A stretch of DNA of 50,382 nt from Catajapyx aquilonaris. Its lineage: Eukaryota. The position numbers were made by a program, and so were the translations under genes. The notes under the pieces are model-generated. The model did not search any database. It worked only from the letters and a program-made list of their open reading frames with translations, and was not told the DNA's origin. The stretch covers positions 1-50,382 of the forward strand of contig JYFJ02002839.1 in the NCBI GenBank assembly GCA_000934665.2. Reading direction: 5' to 3'. Shown in pieces: positions 24,901-36,565 of this stretch (its first letter is position 1; every line of letters starts with the position of its first letter).

Positions 24901-25478
24901 AAACGGACATCCCTGGCAGTCCGTAACAGTGTACGCAAGGACACCACAGATACATACGGTGAACACGCAAAACCCACGTAGGGATAACTGCAACGCTCCG
25001 AATACCTCTTAGGTTCCGTGATCCACACATACGTACTGTGAGAGCACATACTTTGGCAATCCCACTTCTGGCACCACTTTGTGACAGGATGGGCACATAG
25101 ATCAAGTCTATGACCGGAGCAGAGGGGATGCCAAAGTAAACAGAGGCTAACCGTATGAACTGGGTGTTTATTTCCTTCGGGATGGAACGGGTACACATAG
25201 GTAGGGGAAAGGTGGTGATCAAGGGGCAAGCTGACAGTGCAAGACCCCGTGGTTGTGACCACCCCGACCAGGATATTCTCCTGGACCGGGAGAGGCCCCG
25301 ACTGGTGGGTGACCGCGGTATATATAGTACTCTGACGCCCCACAGCATGATGGGAAGTTTTATCAGGAGCCAACCAGAGGCGGGCGATTACACAGAGTCG
25401 CAAGATAACAAGGGGGTTCCACGGTCAAAACACGCAAGGCAAGAAATGGGGTAGGACAGTGCAGCTGGTGCTGTCACA
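21958..25478 (-). mobile_element. Young non-autonomous Gypsy-type LTR retroelement inserted in an intron of the SAMD3-like gene
   Basis: LTRs 21958-22356 and 25080-25478 (399 bp, TGTGACA...TGTCACA, 2 mismatches seen). 4-bp TSD CTAG at 21954-21957 and 25479-25482. Minus-strand PBS TGGTGCCAGAAGTGGGATT (tRNA-Leu type) at 25058-25076. No RT, RNase H or integrase motifs. Confidence 0.95.
22633..23196 (-). CDS. Retropepsin-like (aspartic protease fold) protein with catalytic Asp replaced by Ser
   Basis: From ATG 23196: ..VTVGGLQFAALVSSGAAVSSI..RLVMCDGQLIRPVGRCEAEVKIGG..HPFWIVP..VVVGADFLAAHHCMLDF. This matches the Gypsy protease pattern ALVDSGAxxSxI...ILGxDFL, except for the D position (codon AGC). 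Confidence 0.8.
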   Translation of the reverse strand: MACYTPPADLIVAVTTPVTVGGLQFAALVSSGAAVSSIAASCLDAMPEEHRPALLPNQPLPRLVMCDGQLIRPVGRCEAEVKIGGALLPHPFWIVPYSVASVVVGADFLAAHHCMLDFHRGCLIGCAPISDPAPKDYFETPLRVLEHSTPDVARPLAHPAQPAPPPRTDDVIIVSSSDEDEAPDYLM

Positions 25479-26247
25479 CTAGCATATCTGCAATGAAAAA
25501 TGCTTCATTACCTGGACAGCAGTGGACAATGCTGGATATTCCCTTAGAATAGTGTCTAGTGGTGTGCCACTCTCAATCAGTCCCCTCCTGTGGTGGAGAG
25601 TATTAACCATTCGGTTATCTATTCGGCCCATATCAGGACAGCGCTAGGAAGAAAAACATGCACACGTTTCAATTCCAATCAGTCGAGAGAGAGAGAGTCC
25701 ATCCAGGTCCAGCTTCATGTCAGATGGTAGTAAAGATAATATCAAGATATAGAGTATTGTCAGTCATTGACTCACAGTTTCCTTCTTCATCCATGCCCTG
25801 TGCTTCTCAAGGCTTGCTTCATCCTCCGAAGCAGGTGTCACAGACAGTCTTGTTCGCTTCTTCAGCTCACCTACGCCAATACCTGTAGCAAGTATGCTGT
25901 GGCTGTTCACAGATGCAGCATGTTCAGTCTTCCTAATTGCAGCCCTTTCGTTGTTGAATTTCACTGTCAGCGAGAGTCGCCAAGAAGCCTGGAATGTATT
26001 AACAATTAATGTCTTCATCAGAATGTTTATGTATAAATAATCCTTGTACAGAATCCAAGACATTAGCTGCAAATATACCTTGTAATATAATTGTTGCAAT
26101 CATTTGGTAAACAGGCCACCAACAAAATGCTTACACTACTTTCCTCTCCTGCGGTGGTGTCGTCAGCTAGCATTGGAAATCTCCGAACAATGGTCAATGC
26201 AGCCTCCAAGTAATGGTCATGCTTTGATGTCCTGAAAGAGGTGATGA

Positions 26248-26250
<3 letters not shown>

Positions 26251-26324
<74 letters not shown>
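26251..26324. repeat. (ATT)n microsatellite in an intron of the SAMD3-like gene
   Basis: Direct reading. Confidence 0.95.
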
Positions 26325-27649
26325 GGTTAATAAATGCACTCCAGGTTTGTTCATACATTGTGTATCGCGACATCTCCTCATGCACTGATTGTATTATTTT
26401 TATCCTGAGACTGTGGCTCTTGACTCCCTTTGCCACCTGTTCTTCAATGGCCCGGCCCAAAGGTGGCAACTGAAACGGGACAGGCCACACACATTGGCCT
26501 GGTCCAACTGTAATGGTCACCTGTAATGAAAATCACTGTAGTTACATTACTGTCCAAACCCATGACATCTAGCTCACCTGCTGTCATGTGATGTTGATGG
26601 TAGTTGCATTGCTGAAGTACTTTATTTGTGAATTTTCTTGCCTGCAATGATATGAGTTTGTGGTATAAACAAGTATGATAAGCATGAGACACAAATGAGC
26701 CATTATGGCTGTACCTAGTGCTGTGGGACTGCCCATTGGTCGCTTGAAGCACATTAAGGGCCGATCTGCCTGTAGCATCATTATTCCCATGACTGGGAAA
26801 TGGGGAGAATGTAGGATATGTTAAAGTCTGTGATTATCAAATAATAGTAGGCCTATATTGTAATAGTGCTACTATATTATTTTGTCAAAGTTCCCTTCAT
26901 ACGTAATCCTCATCCGCTACTGCAAGCAGTCGCTTGACGGCAGATGACACCTCCCCGTCTTCCTCGAGATCCACCCAATCTCCAAAGCGCTCGTCATATT
27001 CTTGTATTTGAGGTAGGCAAGACAGCTGCAGTAGAATAACAGGCACAGAACAAAATTAATAAGTGGAGACAGCACTATAAGTAGATGTTCGATTTATTTC
27101 AGATGATCCTGTTTGGACAAGTTAATAAAAGTTTTATACTGCATAATAAAAAAATCTTATGCTGCTAGGTTTCTGCAGCATCAAGCATATTATAGCCTAT
27201 ATGCTTGATGGTAAGTGTAAATGTAGGTGTAATAGGTAAGTTAGATGCTAAGATAAGTGATATGCTGATGGCAAGCACAGGGCAAATACACCTTAACTTC
27301 ACTCACCGAGAAGGTATTTTCACTGCTATGCAGATATCCTTCACATTTCTACTTGAAGCAGAAATGATTTTCTTTTTTGTCCCACATGTGACATGGTACT
27401 CGCTGGAAGACATAATTGTAATACACATTAGATTCTTAGATGTAATGCTTACGGACATGAATGTAGAAAGTTGTTTTAGTACCTTCTATGCTGTGTTGTT
27501 GCTGTTGAGTGGTCATTAACATTTGTGTGGACGACATAATTATCATGCTACAGTTGTGGCAAATGTAAAGTATAGTGTAGCAAAACAGGTGTTTGAAACA
27601 CCCTCTATAGCAATGTGTGAATTTTTGTCAGTGAATTGGGTACATCACT

Positions 27650-29090
27650 TTAAGGACAACACATGTTTCCCTGTTGACAGTGTACATATGAAGTGGAACA
27701 TAGGTACTGAGTTCACTAATGTGCAATACGGAGCGAGCTGGTGTTTTTTTTACAACATAGGAAGCAGTGTGTCGTGCATAGTAGCCCTCCATTTCCTGAA
27801 GTAGTAAAAAAACCTATTCTTTGACTATGTACATTTGTATAATGACATGAAAATGAGGTACATACTCAATTACTTGTCCTATCACAACCATCCCACAACG
27901 ATACTTTGTACCACAATACTCAACCTGAGAGCAAACTGTGACATCATAATCACAGGTGTACCCCCACTCCTGTATCTTTTTATTTGCGTATATGCACTTC
28001 ACATTGCGGACAGTGCACTTCTTCATTATCTTTTTGATGTTACTGACACGTTTTAACAACTCTGATGCCCACAAATACTGCTGGTGGCTTTGATGCCGTT
28101 TGGCAAGTGTCAAAGCAAGGTTTTTTCTGTTTTTTGTTCTGTTTGCCCATTCCTTTAGTTCGCCATGTTTTGCCTCGAACCTAATGGTGCTGCATGTGAC
28201 TAATGGTCAAAAAAATTTTGATCATGGCAGGGTAATGCAATAAATAATGAAATTTAGGTGTCATGTGAGAATCTGGGATAGTTTTATATCGCTCCAGAAA
28301 CTCACGAATAAGCGTGGCTAAATAAGCTGTCATTGTAAATGTGAAGTATGGAGCCATGCAGTAGGTGACCAGGTCATGAAGTGACAGTATCACTTCCCAC
28401 AAGGGTTCTTGTTGTGGCATTATATCCCCAAGAAGGAGAGGCAAATATCTAATGAAACACCAAGCTTGGCTGCCTGTTTGCTTGAATGCACCATGACTTG
28501 CAATGGGTTTTGGCCTGGATCGTGAATCTGATCCTTTCAAAGGGAAGCATTGAAACCTTTCATTCACTACTGCAAGATTGAGAATTTTTTTGTCATGGGC
28601 TACTTTTAGGACTAGTGACACTACAGCAGGGATTATTCCTTCCATCAGATCGTGGAAAACATCCGGAGGAAGAAGTTCCGTGATGTGAGCATGTGAAAGC
28701 TGGCTGAAGGCGGATCTACATCTTAATCCATAAACACTACTAAATGTTTCATCTTCCTCTATTGACTGAATGTGTTCCTCATATAACTGTTTGTTTCTAA
28801 TCTGACATTTCTCCACATCCACACACACCTTCGCTTGGTCTTTGGTTACCATGCAGAATCTGCAGACTCTCAAAGTGGAGCTGAAATTTTTCACGTAGCC
28901 ACCAATAGTGTGTGCTCCAAGGTTATCAGCTAAGACGCTAATGACTGTTCCCTTTAATGTTTTGCTTTCATGCCCTATGCAAATGTCAATACCTGGGGTT
29001 TCCAATTGTTGGATCTCTGCCAGCAGTGGCTTCAGGATGACACTTAGTCCATATTTCTTTACAAGTACACTCCGGCATAAAATTGTAACA
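27650..29090 (-). pseudogene. EnSpm/CMC transposase 1 (C-terminal part, frameshifted)
   Basis: KPLLAEIQQLE; VLADNLGAHTIGGYVKNFS..CRFC; PPDVFHDLMEG; TPKFHYLLHYP; then, after a frameshift, IRFEAKH..NLALTLAKRHQ. Confidence 0.92.
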
Positions 29091-29190
29091 TTAACCCCTT
29101 CGGCTCCAGATCGGCCCGAACCACACAGTTTTCGTCTTACGCGTACTCCGAAGATACGGACAAGATATTTTGCAAATAATAACAGCTATA
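29091..29190. mobile_element. Possible piggyBac-type terminus that truncates the EnSpm transposase
   Basis: TTAA-CCCCTT at 29091 exactly where EnSpm homology ends; no partner end found. Confidence 0.35.
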
Positions 29191-29191
29191 C

Positions 29192-30985
29192 CAGAGCTGC
29201 CAACCCTACCCCCCAAAAATGAGGGGGAGGGAATGACATAATGAGGGGGATTGGCCATCTGAGAGGGGGATTTTCCTATAAAGTAAAAATCAAATTACAG
29301 GAATGTTTCAGGCACATTTTATTTACCACTATGTTCTTTATTATAATTAACCGTAGCTCTTTTGGCTGTATGGAGAATTTCCTTGGGTGGTTCAAATGTA
29401 ACTGAATTTAAGTTCTCCATTTTGATACTCATAATGGATGATAACGTTCCGGTTAATGACAGGCTTCCTCGAAATTCCGTTTTGTTTTTTCTTATCATAC
29501 TAAAGACCCGTTCCTCAGCTGCATTTGAGTGAGGTAGTACGAGTACCACTTTAGCTACCTTACTTAAGTGCTCAAATTTTAGTGAACCATCGGAACATCT
29601 CATTTTTGACAAGTAATTCCAAATGATGTCTGCATTATTGAAAGTAGGTTTTCCTTGTCCTTCCACAGTAATTTCTCCAGCCTCAGTTCTTACAGCATCT
29701 GGCACCTCAGAAACTCTGAGCAACTGATATTGCAAAAATTCAGCGTGCATTTTATCAATAGCAGCAGTATCAAAATTAAAATATGAGGAATACTTGTTAA
29801 CAAAAAATTCCACACTCTCAAAGTCTGTGTCATCTTTTGCAGCTATATCTACAAATTGTGCATATTTCAAAACTTCATCATGTAGAGGCAGTTTCTGAAT
29901 AGCATATGTAGTTTATACTAACAGTGTAGAACTGCTTTACAGACTCATAAAACCTGCATACCTGCCGTTCTGTTACCTCGCCCTCGCTGAGGAGCGTTGA
30001 TAACTTCTGCTTAGCAAAGGTACCCACAAACATATTTTTGTCAGGCAAGTGATTGTCACTGTTCTGTATAATTTCAGGAACTTTACTCAAATCATCATTA
30101 TCAATGAGGGTTTTCATTGAAGCAATTTTCAGCACATTTCCAAGCAAACTTTTCAAAAAATCATGCAATATGGAGCGCACAGAGAAAATGGATGGGTTTT
30201 CTCGCTGTAAATACTTGTTGGGTTTGGTAAATATAGGAAGAATACTATGAAAAAATGCTAAATAGCATTCAGTCATTGGATCTTGAAAGTGTGATTTGAG
30301 TCTTTTAAATCTAGTCATTGTAAAGCTACTTGAGAGAAAGTAACTCTTAAGACCTTCATATTGCTTCAAAATCCGTTCAACTGCTAGATGCAAGCTCAGC
30401 CAGCGTACATTTATATGTTTCACCAAGTCTCGGTACTCCATGTTGCAAAAATCATGAAATGAGGCAAGTTCATTTTTTCTCTTTGAGCTGCCATCAAACC
30501 AGAAGAACAGGTCAATGCAAAAATCTTCAATATCAAAATGTGATGTCTCTTGAAATGCACAATTCCCTTTTCTTGCCGTGTTATGCAGCACATGACAAGG
30601 ACAACCACCGACATATATACAAATTCATTCTTTGATTTCATTCTAGTCATTAATGAATCATGTCTGCCAATATTTACTTTGGCATTGTCTACACTAAATC
30701 CCACGCAATTATTCCATGGGATATTATTTGTCTGGATGGCTTGCTCAATCTGAGAAAATATCTCCCTGGCAGATCCAGCATTTTCTCCCCGAGTTACACA
30801 CATATCAAAAAACTTAGTAACGACACGGCCCCTATTAATGTCAAATAATGTAACAGTCAGAGGATTCATTTTGTCTCTACCCTTGTCATTACTACCATCA
30901 ATTGCAAGAGAAAATGCACCTTCACGCATTAAACTAATGGTTTTGTCCAAGAAGAATGGCCCCAAGCTACCATTTAGAATATTGT
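29192..30985 (-). mobile_element. hAT transposon 2: one terminus plus a frameshifted transposase
   Basis: Terminus CAGAGCTGCCAACC at 29192 with three TGAG(A)GGGG subterminal repeats. ORFs 29319-29870, 29878-30591 and 30420-~30985 carry FSLAIDGSND, GFSVDNAKVNIG, HINVRWLSL and the dimerisation domain LVLPHSNAAEERVFSMI. Confidence 0.9.
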
Positions 30986-32100
30986 GCGGTACCATGTCCA
31001 ACATCGCCTGTTTTTTTTTGCCAAGTCTCTGGCCGCAACATTAGAATGCTGAAAATGCTGGCCAACCAGCTTTCCCACTTTCTTGCTTAAATTACGCAGT
31101 GTGAACTAACTCATCGAAGCTTTTAGAAACACATAAATGTAGCGAATGAGCTGCGCAAGTTGTTTCTACCTTGTACTGCATAAAATGGCCTTCTCGTACA
31201 GCAGCGATCATGTTGGCAGCGTGTCACTTACCACCGCTACAATTTTGCCATTGATTTTCCAATCAGTTATCTTTTCAAGGCGATTGATTATGTTCACCGC
31301 TGCTTCGCGGTCTTCCATGGCGGTAGTGTCAAGTGTAAAAGTATGCGCCTTCCAATCGGAATCTATAAGGTGTACATTCACAGTTAGGTAATGATTCTGG
31401 GCTCTTGACGACCATCCATCTACACTCAAAGACACATAATTATGTGGCACTGTTCAGGTAACCGATGATTTCAGTTTTCAGCTCTTCTGCTAACGATTTC
31501 AGACGTTTCTTGATCTGCGGATCAGAAGGAATTGTGTAGTCTGGCTCAAGGGTATGCATATATTGCCGAAATCCTTTTCCTGAAAATATTTAAAAAAAAT
31601 CATATTAGAAAATGACTCATTATTAATCTGTTACGTTTTGGCAAAACATATAAGTTCAAGAAGAATGAAAATGTACACAGTGTCATTAAAAAGTGTAAAA
31701 TAATACGAATGTGAAACCGAGAAAAACAATAACCAGAAGCTAAAACTTTCAATTATAACACAATAGCATTTATATTTCTCTAATCTGACGAAACGAACGA
31801 TCAAGAACTACGTAGGTATACTCACAAAAAATTTAAAATTACTTTGACAGCCAAATTGAGAAGGCCGGAAATAAGAATTTAAAGTAATGTAAGTAATCGC
31901 ACTCACCTTTAACGCACGACAGTGGCAAATTGTCAATAGCAATCATCTTTGCTGCCAGGGATTGACTTATTTCTTCACAGCGTTCTGCGGAACACGTGGG
32001 ACGTTCTGAAGATATCCTGCGTTTTCGTCGGATTCTTTGGGGAGGCTCTCCACTTGATGTGGATGCAGTTGCTGGCAGCGAAGATGAATCATCAGAACTC
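30986..32100 (-). pseudogene. ZBED1/ZBED4-like (hAT-Ac) transposase fragment with an intron
   Basis: LAAKMIAIDNLPLSCVKG | intron ~31580-31906 | KGFRQYMHTLEPDYTIPS; VSLSVDGWSSRAQNHYLTVNVHLIDSDW; then, after frameshifts, AANMIAAV..CAAHSLHL and KLVGQHFQHSNVAARDL. Confidence 0.85.
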
Positions 32101-35100
32101 TCCGCTCTAGATTTTTAAAAAATTATACTTACAATTGATTAAGAACAATCTAAGCTTATCAGTTAGTGCAGCAAAAATTCTGGGTTGACCGGAAATTGTG
32201 GACCTGTTTGGACAGGTGAATGGAAAAAAAAGGTGGAAAAGGTGAACAAATTGGGTGGCCTGCTGGCCTATATAGGCATGACTGAAAAACTACTTGGCGT
32301 TAGACACATGGGAGTAATATATTGCTTTGGGACCGGAAGACCAATACCGACCAATACCAAGCACAAGGATGGACATCTTGCCATCATAGCCAAGCATGCG
32401 TGGGTCCCAAGAAGATCCGCCCTCATGATTATGCCACTTATTACTGATTGTAACCAGGTCTTTAAGATTTTGGCCGGCATTGTTCTGGTGTCGGCGGGGG
32501 GTTACTCCCCATATTTTGTAAAAATAAAAGCCAATAATAAAAAACAATAAAACGTGGTTTATCACATTAACACTTGGTTGCTTCACAATCAAAAACCTGC
32601 GTTCCTCAACAGCTTACAGAGGCCTTCCCAGAAAATCCGGGAGGGTACTGACAAAAGGAACGCAACGCGATGGTAAGCTGCAGCATGTTTGTGGTGGATG
32701 ATTCATGGTTGACAAAGCGTCGCATCTGGTTTGATAACGACGCGACGGGGAACATTGAATCCTTGTTATGTTCATGCTCATTTCCCAGTTCATACAGACA
32801 CCTACCATCAACGCTAAATATTTTGAACAGTCTGCTCAAGTCACAAACATCGGGCGGAAATCAAGTCGGAAGTGGTTCCAACTGGCAAAAAAAATTGAAA
32901 ATAATGAAACTTGATTTTGTTGGCCGCTCTTAAATTATTTGATGAGTTTCTCTTGGGCTTGTATACCGCAATGGGGAGAGACAGTCGAGTTATTTTAAAA
33001 TTTTATTTCAATCGCTCGCTGGCTGCGTCATTTGCCGTATCGGACCAAATATGGCGGCCGCCTCCTCCTCCTTTCCCGCTGGGCCATACTCTCCTGGATA
33101 GAGGTGCGCCAACCCTGCCATCTGACGGGGGAAGACGCAACCAGCCAACGACGCAGAAGGCAGAACGTTCTTTTCTTCCCTTCACTTTCTCACGGGATGG
33201 CGTCGCTTCTCTGCCTGCCCCTGGTCAGGGCCCTGGTCCGCCCCTGGCCCTCCCTGGCTGCTTGGACGGACCCCCCTGGGCTGCCCCTGGCCCCTCCAGC
33301 CACCACCTGCAGATGGGACCCGCCCCTGGACTGAACAGGTACGCGTCTCCCCCTCTTGCCCTAGGGCCCAACTCCAGGGCGTGCCCCACACTTTGCCCCG
33401 GGGAAGTAGGCTGAAGGGGGCAGGCTTCACTGCCAAGAGGGGCAGAGAGGGCTTCGAGCGTGCGGACAGGTAGCCTGCTGTCCTAGCTCCCCACTCCTTA
33501 CCGGTTCGCATGCTCCAAATATCAACTGTTGGATCAACGCTGGTTCTCATCAGGGTCCAGGCAGAGTTAATGTAGCCCCGCAAATGCAACCACCTCCCCT
33601 CGCTGCCGCATAATTATGAAAGGCTTTAACAATTACACACTGTCGTATTGGGCGCAATAGCACTAGGCCTAAGGAACCAATGCAAATGTGGAAATTATAC
33701 ATCAAGTAATCCGCAGCTAACTTGCGCTGCAAGTGCCGGAAATTATCATCAGAAGCACCATGTTAGCAAAATGTCACAAAGCGAGGTGTGCCTGTCTCCC
33801 ATGTGTAAGGCTGCGTAAACTATATGAGCCATTTGATCAGCGATGAAACCAATATTGGGCAGAAAGTAGGGGTCGCCTCTTGGAAGTGAGAGAATTGCTG
33901 ATGAAATTGCTTGGGTCCAATTGAAAGAGTCATGAGCAATGCCACATCTGTATGCATGAAGTCATTGACAAGTCAACCAATGAGGCAGCAGCATGCCACA
34001 CCGTATTCAAACGGAAATAGTGTATGGCGGCAGGCAGCAATGCAAGTGCGAGGGCTTCTGTAGTGATGTCAGAACATTACAGCTTGCATCATTCCGAGAT
34101 GCTAATCACTGGTCAAATCACTCACGTGTCAATGCGACCTAATACATACTAAGCCAAACATCTTTATGTGTGGAAGACATCAGACAATGGAAATGTGCCA
34201 ATTTGTGTTGGTGCATGTTGATAGGAACTTTGCTAAGTGTAATTCATTGGATAAAAATGAAGTAGATTAGTGCAAAGGAAAAAAAAAGCTGACAGAGAAA
34301 GGCAAGAAGGTTGATCATGTCTGATGCAAAATGCTTTAATTGACTGACTCATTGATGTTCATTATTTTCAGACAAAGCAACATCTGGCTGCTACCACAAA
34401 ATGATGGACAGTGTGGATGAACCCCAACTACCACCTTGCAACAGTTCAACAAGCTGGGCCTTCGCATAAGTGTCGACCGCAGTGATGGTGTCGCTGGTGC
34501 ATGAGGCGACTTCAGTGGAACTACTGTCCCTGTTGTATGGAACTGCGGCCATTCACCTGTGGCGTGAAACTACAGCTCAGTTGGGGTGAAATGGTGAACA
34601 GCATCATCACTTGGCTGATACACAGGTATGGTGTAACAAGGTGTGTCAATGTTTCTTCCAGGTGAAAGTTGCTGTAATTACTGTAGCATCCTCATTATCA
34701 TATTTAAAGAAAATATGGGTTGTTGGCTTATTAGCCCTTTGACGAAGAGTTAAAAATTGACCTCATTTTAAGTACCGGGGTGAATCAGATAAAGGCAATT
34801 TGTTTCAGCTGGAGGGGATAGGCCCGAGACTTGAAACTTGCCCCATAGCAAGATAGTATCTGTGCCTCCTAAATGCATGGGTAAGAGTCTGCCAGTGCAT
34901 AGCATGCCAGCCATTCCAAAGTGGTGTGCGCCCTGTCAATCAATCAGGCTAGGCCCGAGCAGGACCAGGGCATTGTTATTCCATTTCTAATGGCCAAGGG
35001 CAATAGATAGAACTGGAATAACAATGTGCACTCTCGACAGGGTACATGCATCTTGGATTGGCTGTGGTGGCGTGCACAGCATACATACTTTTACTTATGA

Positions 35101-35273
35101 ATTTAGAAGTTCTCTTGAGCTCAGTGGTATGTGAAAGGCTGCATTAGACTTTGCATCTCAATTGCGGTCATGTTGCGTTAATGGTTCATGTATCACATCA
35201 AATTGTGTCGAGAGATGGGCCAAATATGCTAGAGACATGGACCATTTCAGCAGTCCAACAAGGAAAATGTTGA

Positions 35274-36565
35274 CGTGAACCCGATAACATCGAACCCGCT
35301 CCGGAACAGTAGAGTCGGGTTCGGAGCGAGCGTGGGAATGTGGTTCGGGTTCATGCCTGTTCATGGGGAGAGTGGCGCCAAGGTCGGAGCGGGTTCGGGG
35401 TTTGGTTCAGGCCAACGGCTCTGGAGTTGAACCCGGTTCAGGAGCGGGTTCAGAGCGGTTCGGAGCTTGGTTAGGTACAGCATACCAACCCAACAGGGGG
35501 AAAGTCAGTAAATCCTCGGGATTTACTCCAGCGTATGCGTCACGCTTTCATGGTCGGAGAATGACATTTCCAAGCACCCGCGATACAGGGTGTACCGCAA
35601 ATGTCGCATTTTGATGTCATACGCATTTTTGTATGCCACAATGTCATAGGCCTATCCATTTTTTGGATGTCACATTTTCATGTCATACCAAGAGCTAATG
35701 GTCATACGCATTTGTTGTATGTGACATTTTCATGTCATACGCATTTTTGTATGTTACAAAATCATATTATTTGTACAGTGCTGGACATTATAGCCGTCGC
35801 TGAATGTTTTTTTTCGGCGGCGGCGGTGTTGCCTGGCAACCCCATCCGGCGGGCCAATTCAAACACCAGCACATGGAGAGCGCTTCCATTGTTGCCACTG
35901 TTTACAAATCGAGTGGGTGAGTGCGCAGGCAGAAGAGACCCGTCGCTGGGTCGTCCGCGTCACTCGTTCTATTTGTAAACAGTGGCAACAATGGAAGCGC
36001 TCTCCATGTGCTGGTGTTTGAATTGGCCCGTCGGACGGGGTTGCCAGGTAATGCAGCGCCGTCGCCGACGGAAAAAAAACATTCAGCGACGGCTAATTTG
36101 TCCAGCACTGTAACATACAAAAAATGCATATGACATGAGAATGTGACATCCAAAAAATGGGTATGACATATTGTGGCATACAATAATGCATATGACATTG
36201 TAAAGTACAAAAATGCTTATGACATAAATGTGACACCTGCGGTACACCCTGTATCGTGGGTGTTTGGAAATGTCATTCTCCAACCATGAAAGCATGATGC
36301 ATACACGCTGGAGTAAATCCAGCGGTTTTACTGCCTTTCCCCCTGTTGGGTTGGTATGCTGTACCTAACCAAACTCCGAACCGCTCTGAACCCGTTCCTG
36401 AACCAAACCCCGAACCCACTCCGACCTTGGCGCCACTCTCCCCATGAACCGGCATGAACCCGAACCACGTTCCCATGCTCGCTCCGAACCCGACTCTACT
36501 GTTCCGGAGTGGGTTGGATGTTATCGTGTTCACGGAACAAGGGTGCGGTTCGGTTCACAACCCTG
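35274..36565. mobile_element. ~1.3-kb fully palindromic hAT-like MITE (left tip missing)
   Basis: Arms 35274-35909 and 35971-36534 are reverse complements with ~60 bp between them. The right end ..GGTTCGGTTCACAACCCTG (36565) gives a CAGGGTTG hAT-type terminus; GAACCG/CGGTTC subterminal repeats. Confidence 0.85.

Larger units (their letters stand above)
21078..27413 (-). pseudogene. Multi-exon SAMD3-like accessory gene of EnSpm element 1
   Basis: ATG at 27413 (MSSSEYHVTCG). Exons read QEYDERFGDWVDL, WPVPFQLPPLG..KIIQSVHEEMSRYTM, HYLEAALTIVRRFPMLAD, WRLSLTVKFNNERA, IIKEFQRIKG and YHLVIDGRRIC..FQKFIGHYIYRLD, with GT-AG boundaries. Some frameshifts. Confidence 0.7.
20446..29090 (-). mobile_element. 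EnSpm/CACTA (CMC) transposon 1, one end preserved, 5' part lost
   Basis: TA-CACTGTCAA terminus at 20446, followed by ~450 bp of subterminal CAATA/TATTG repeats (palindrome CAATAAATTTATTG at 20463-20476 and 20747-20760). Then a SAMD3-like gene and an EnSpm transposase on the same strand. Confidence 0.75.

Noticed and set aside
32185..32933. Possible RT/DIRS or viral coding remnant
   Set aside because: No YxDD, tyrosine-recombinase or other diagnostic motif in the frames I read.
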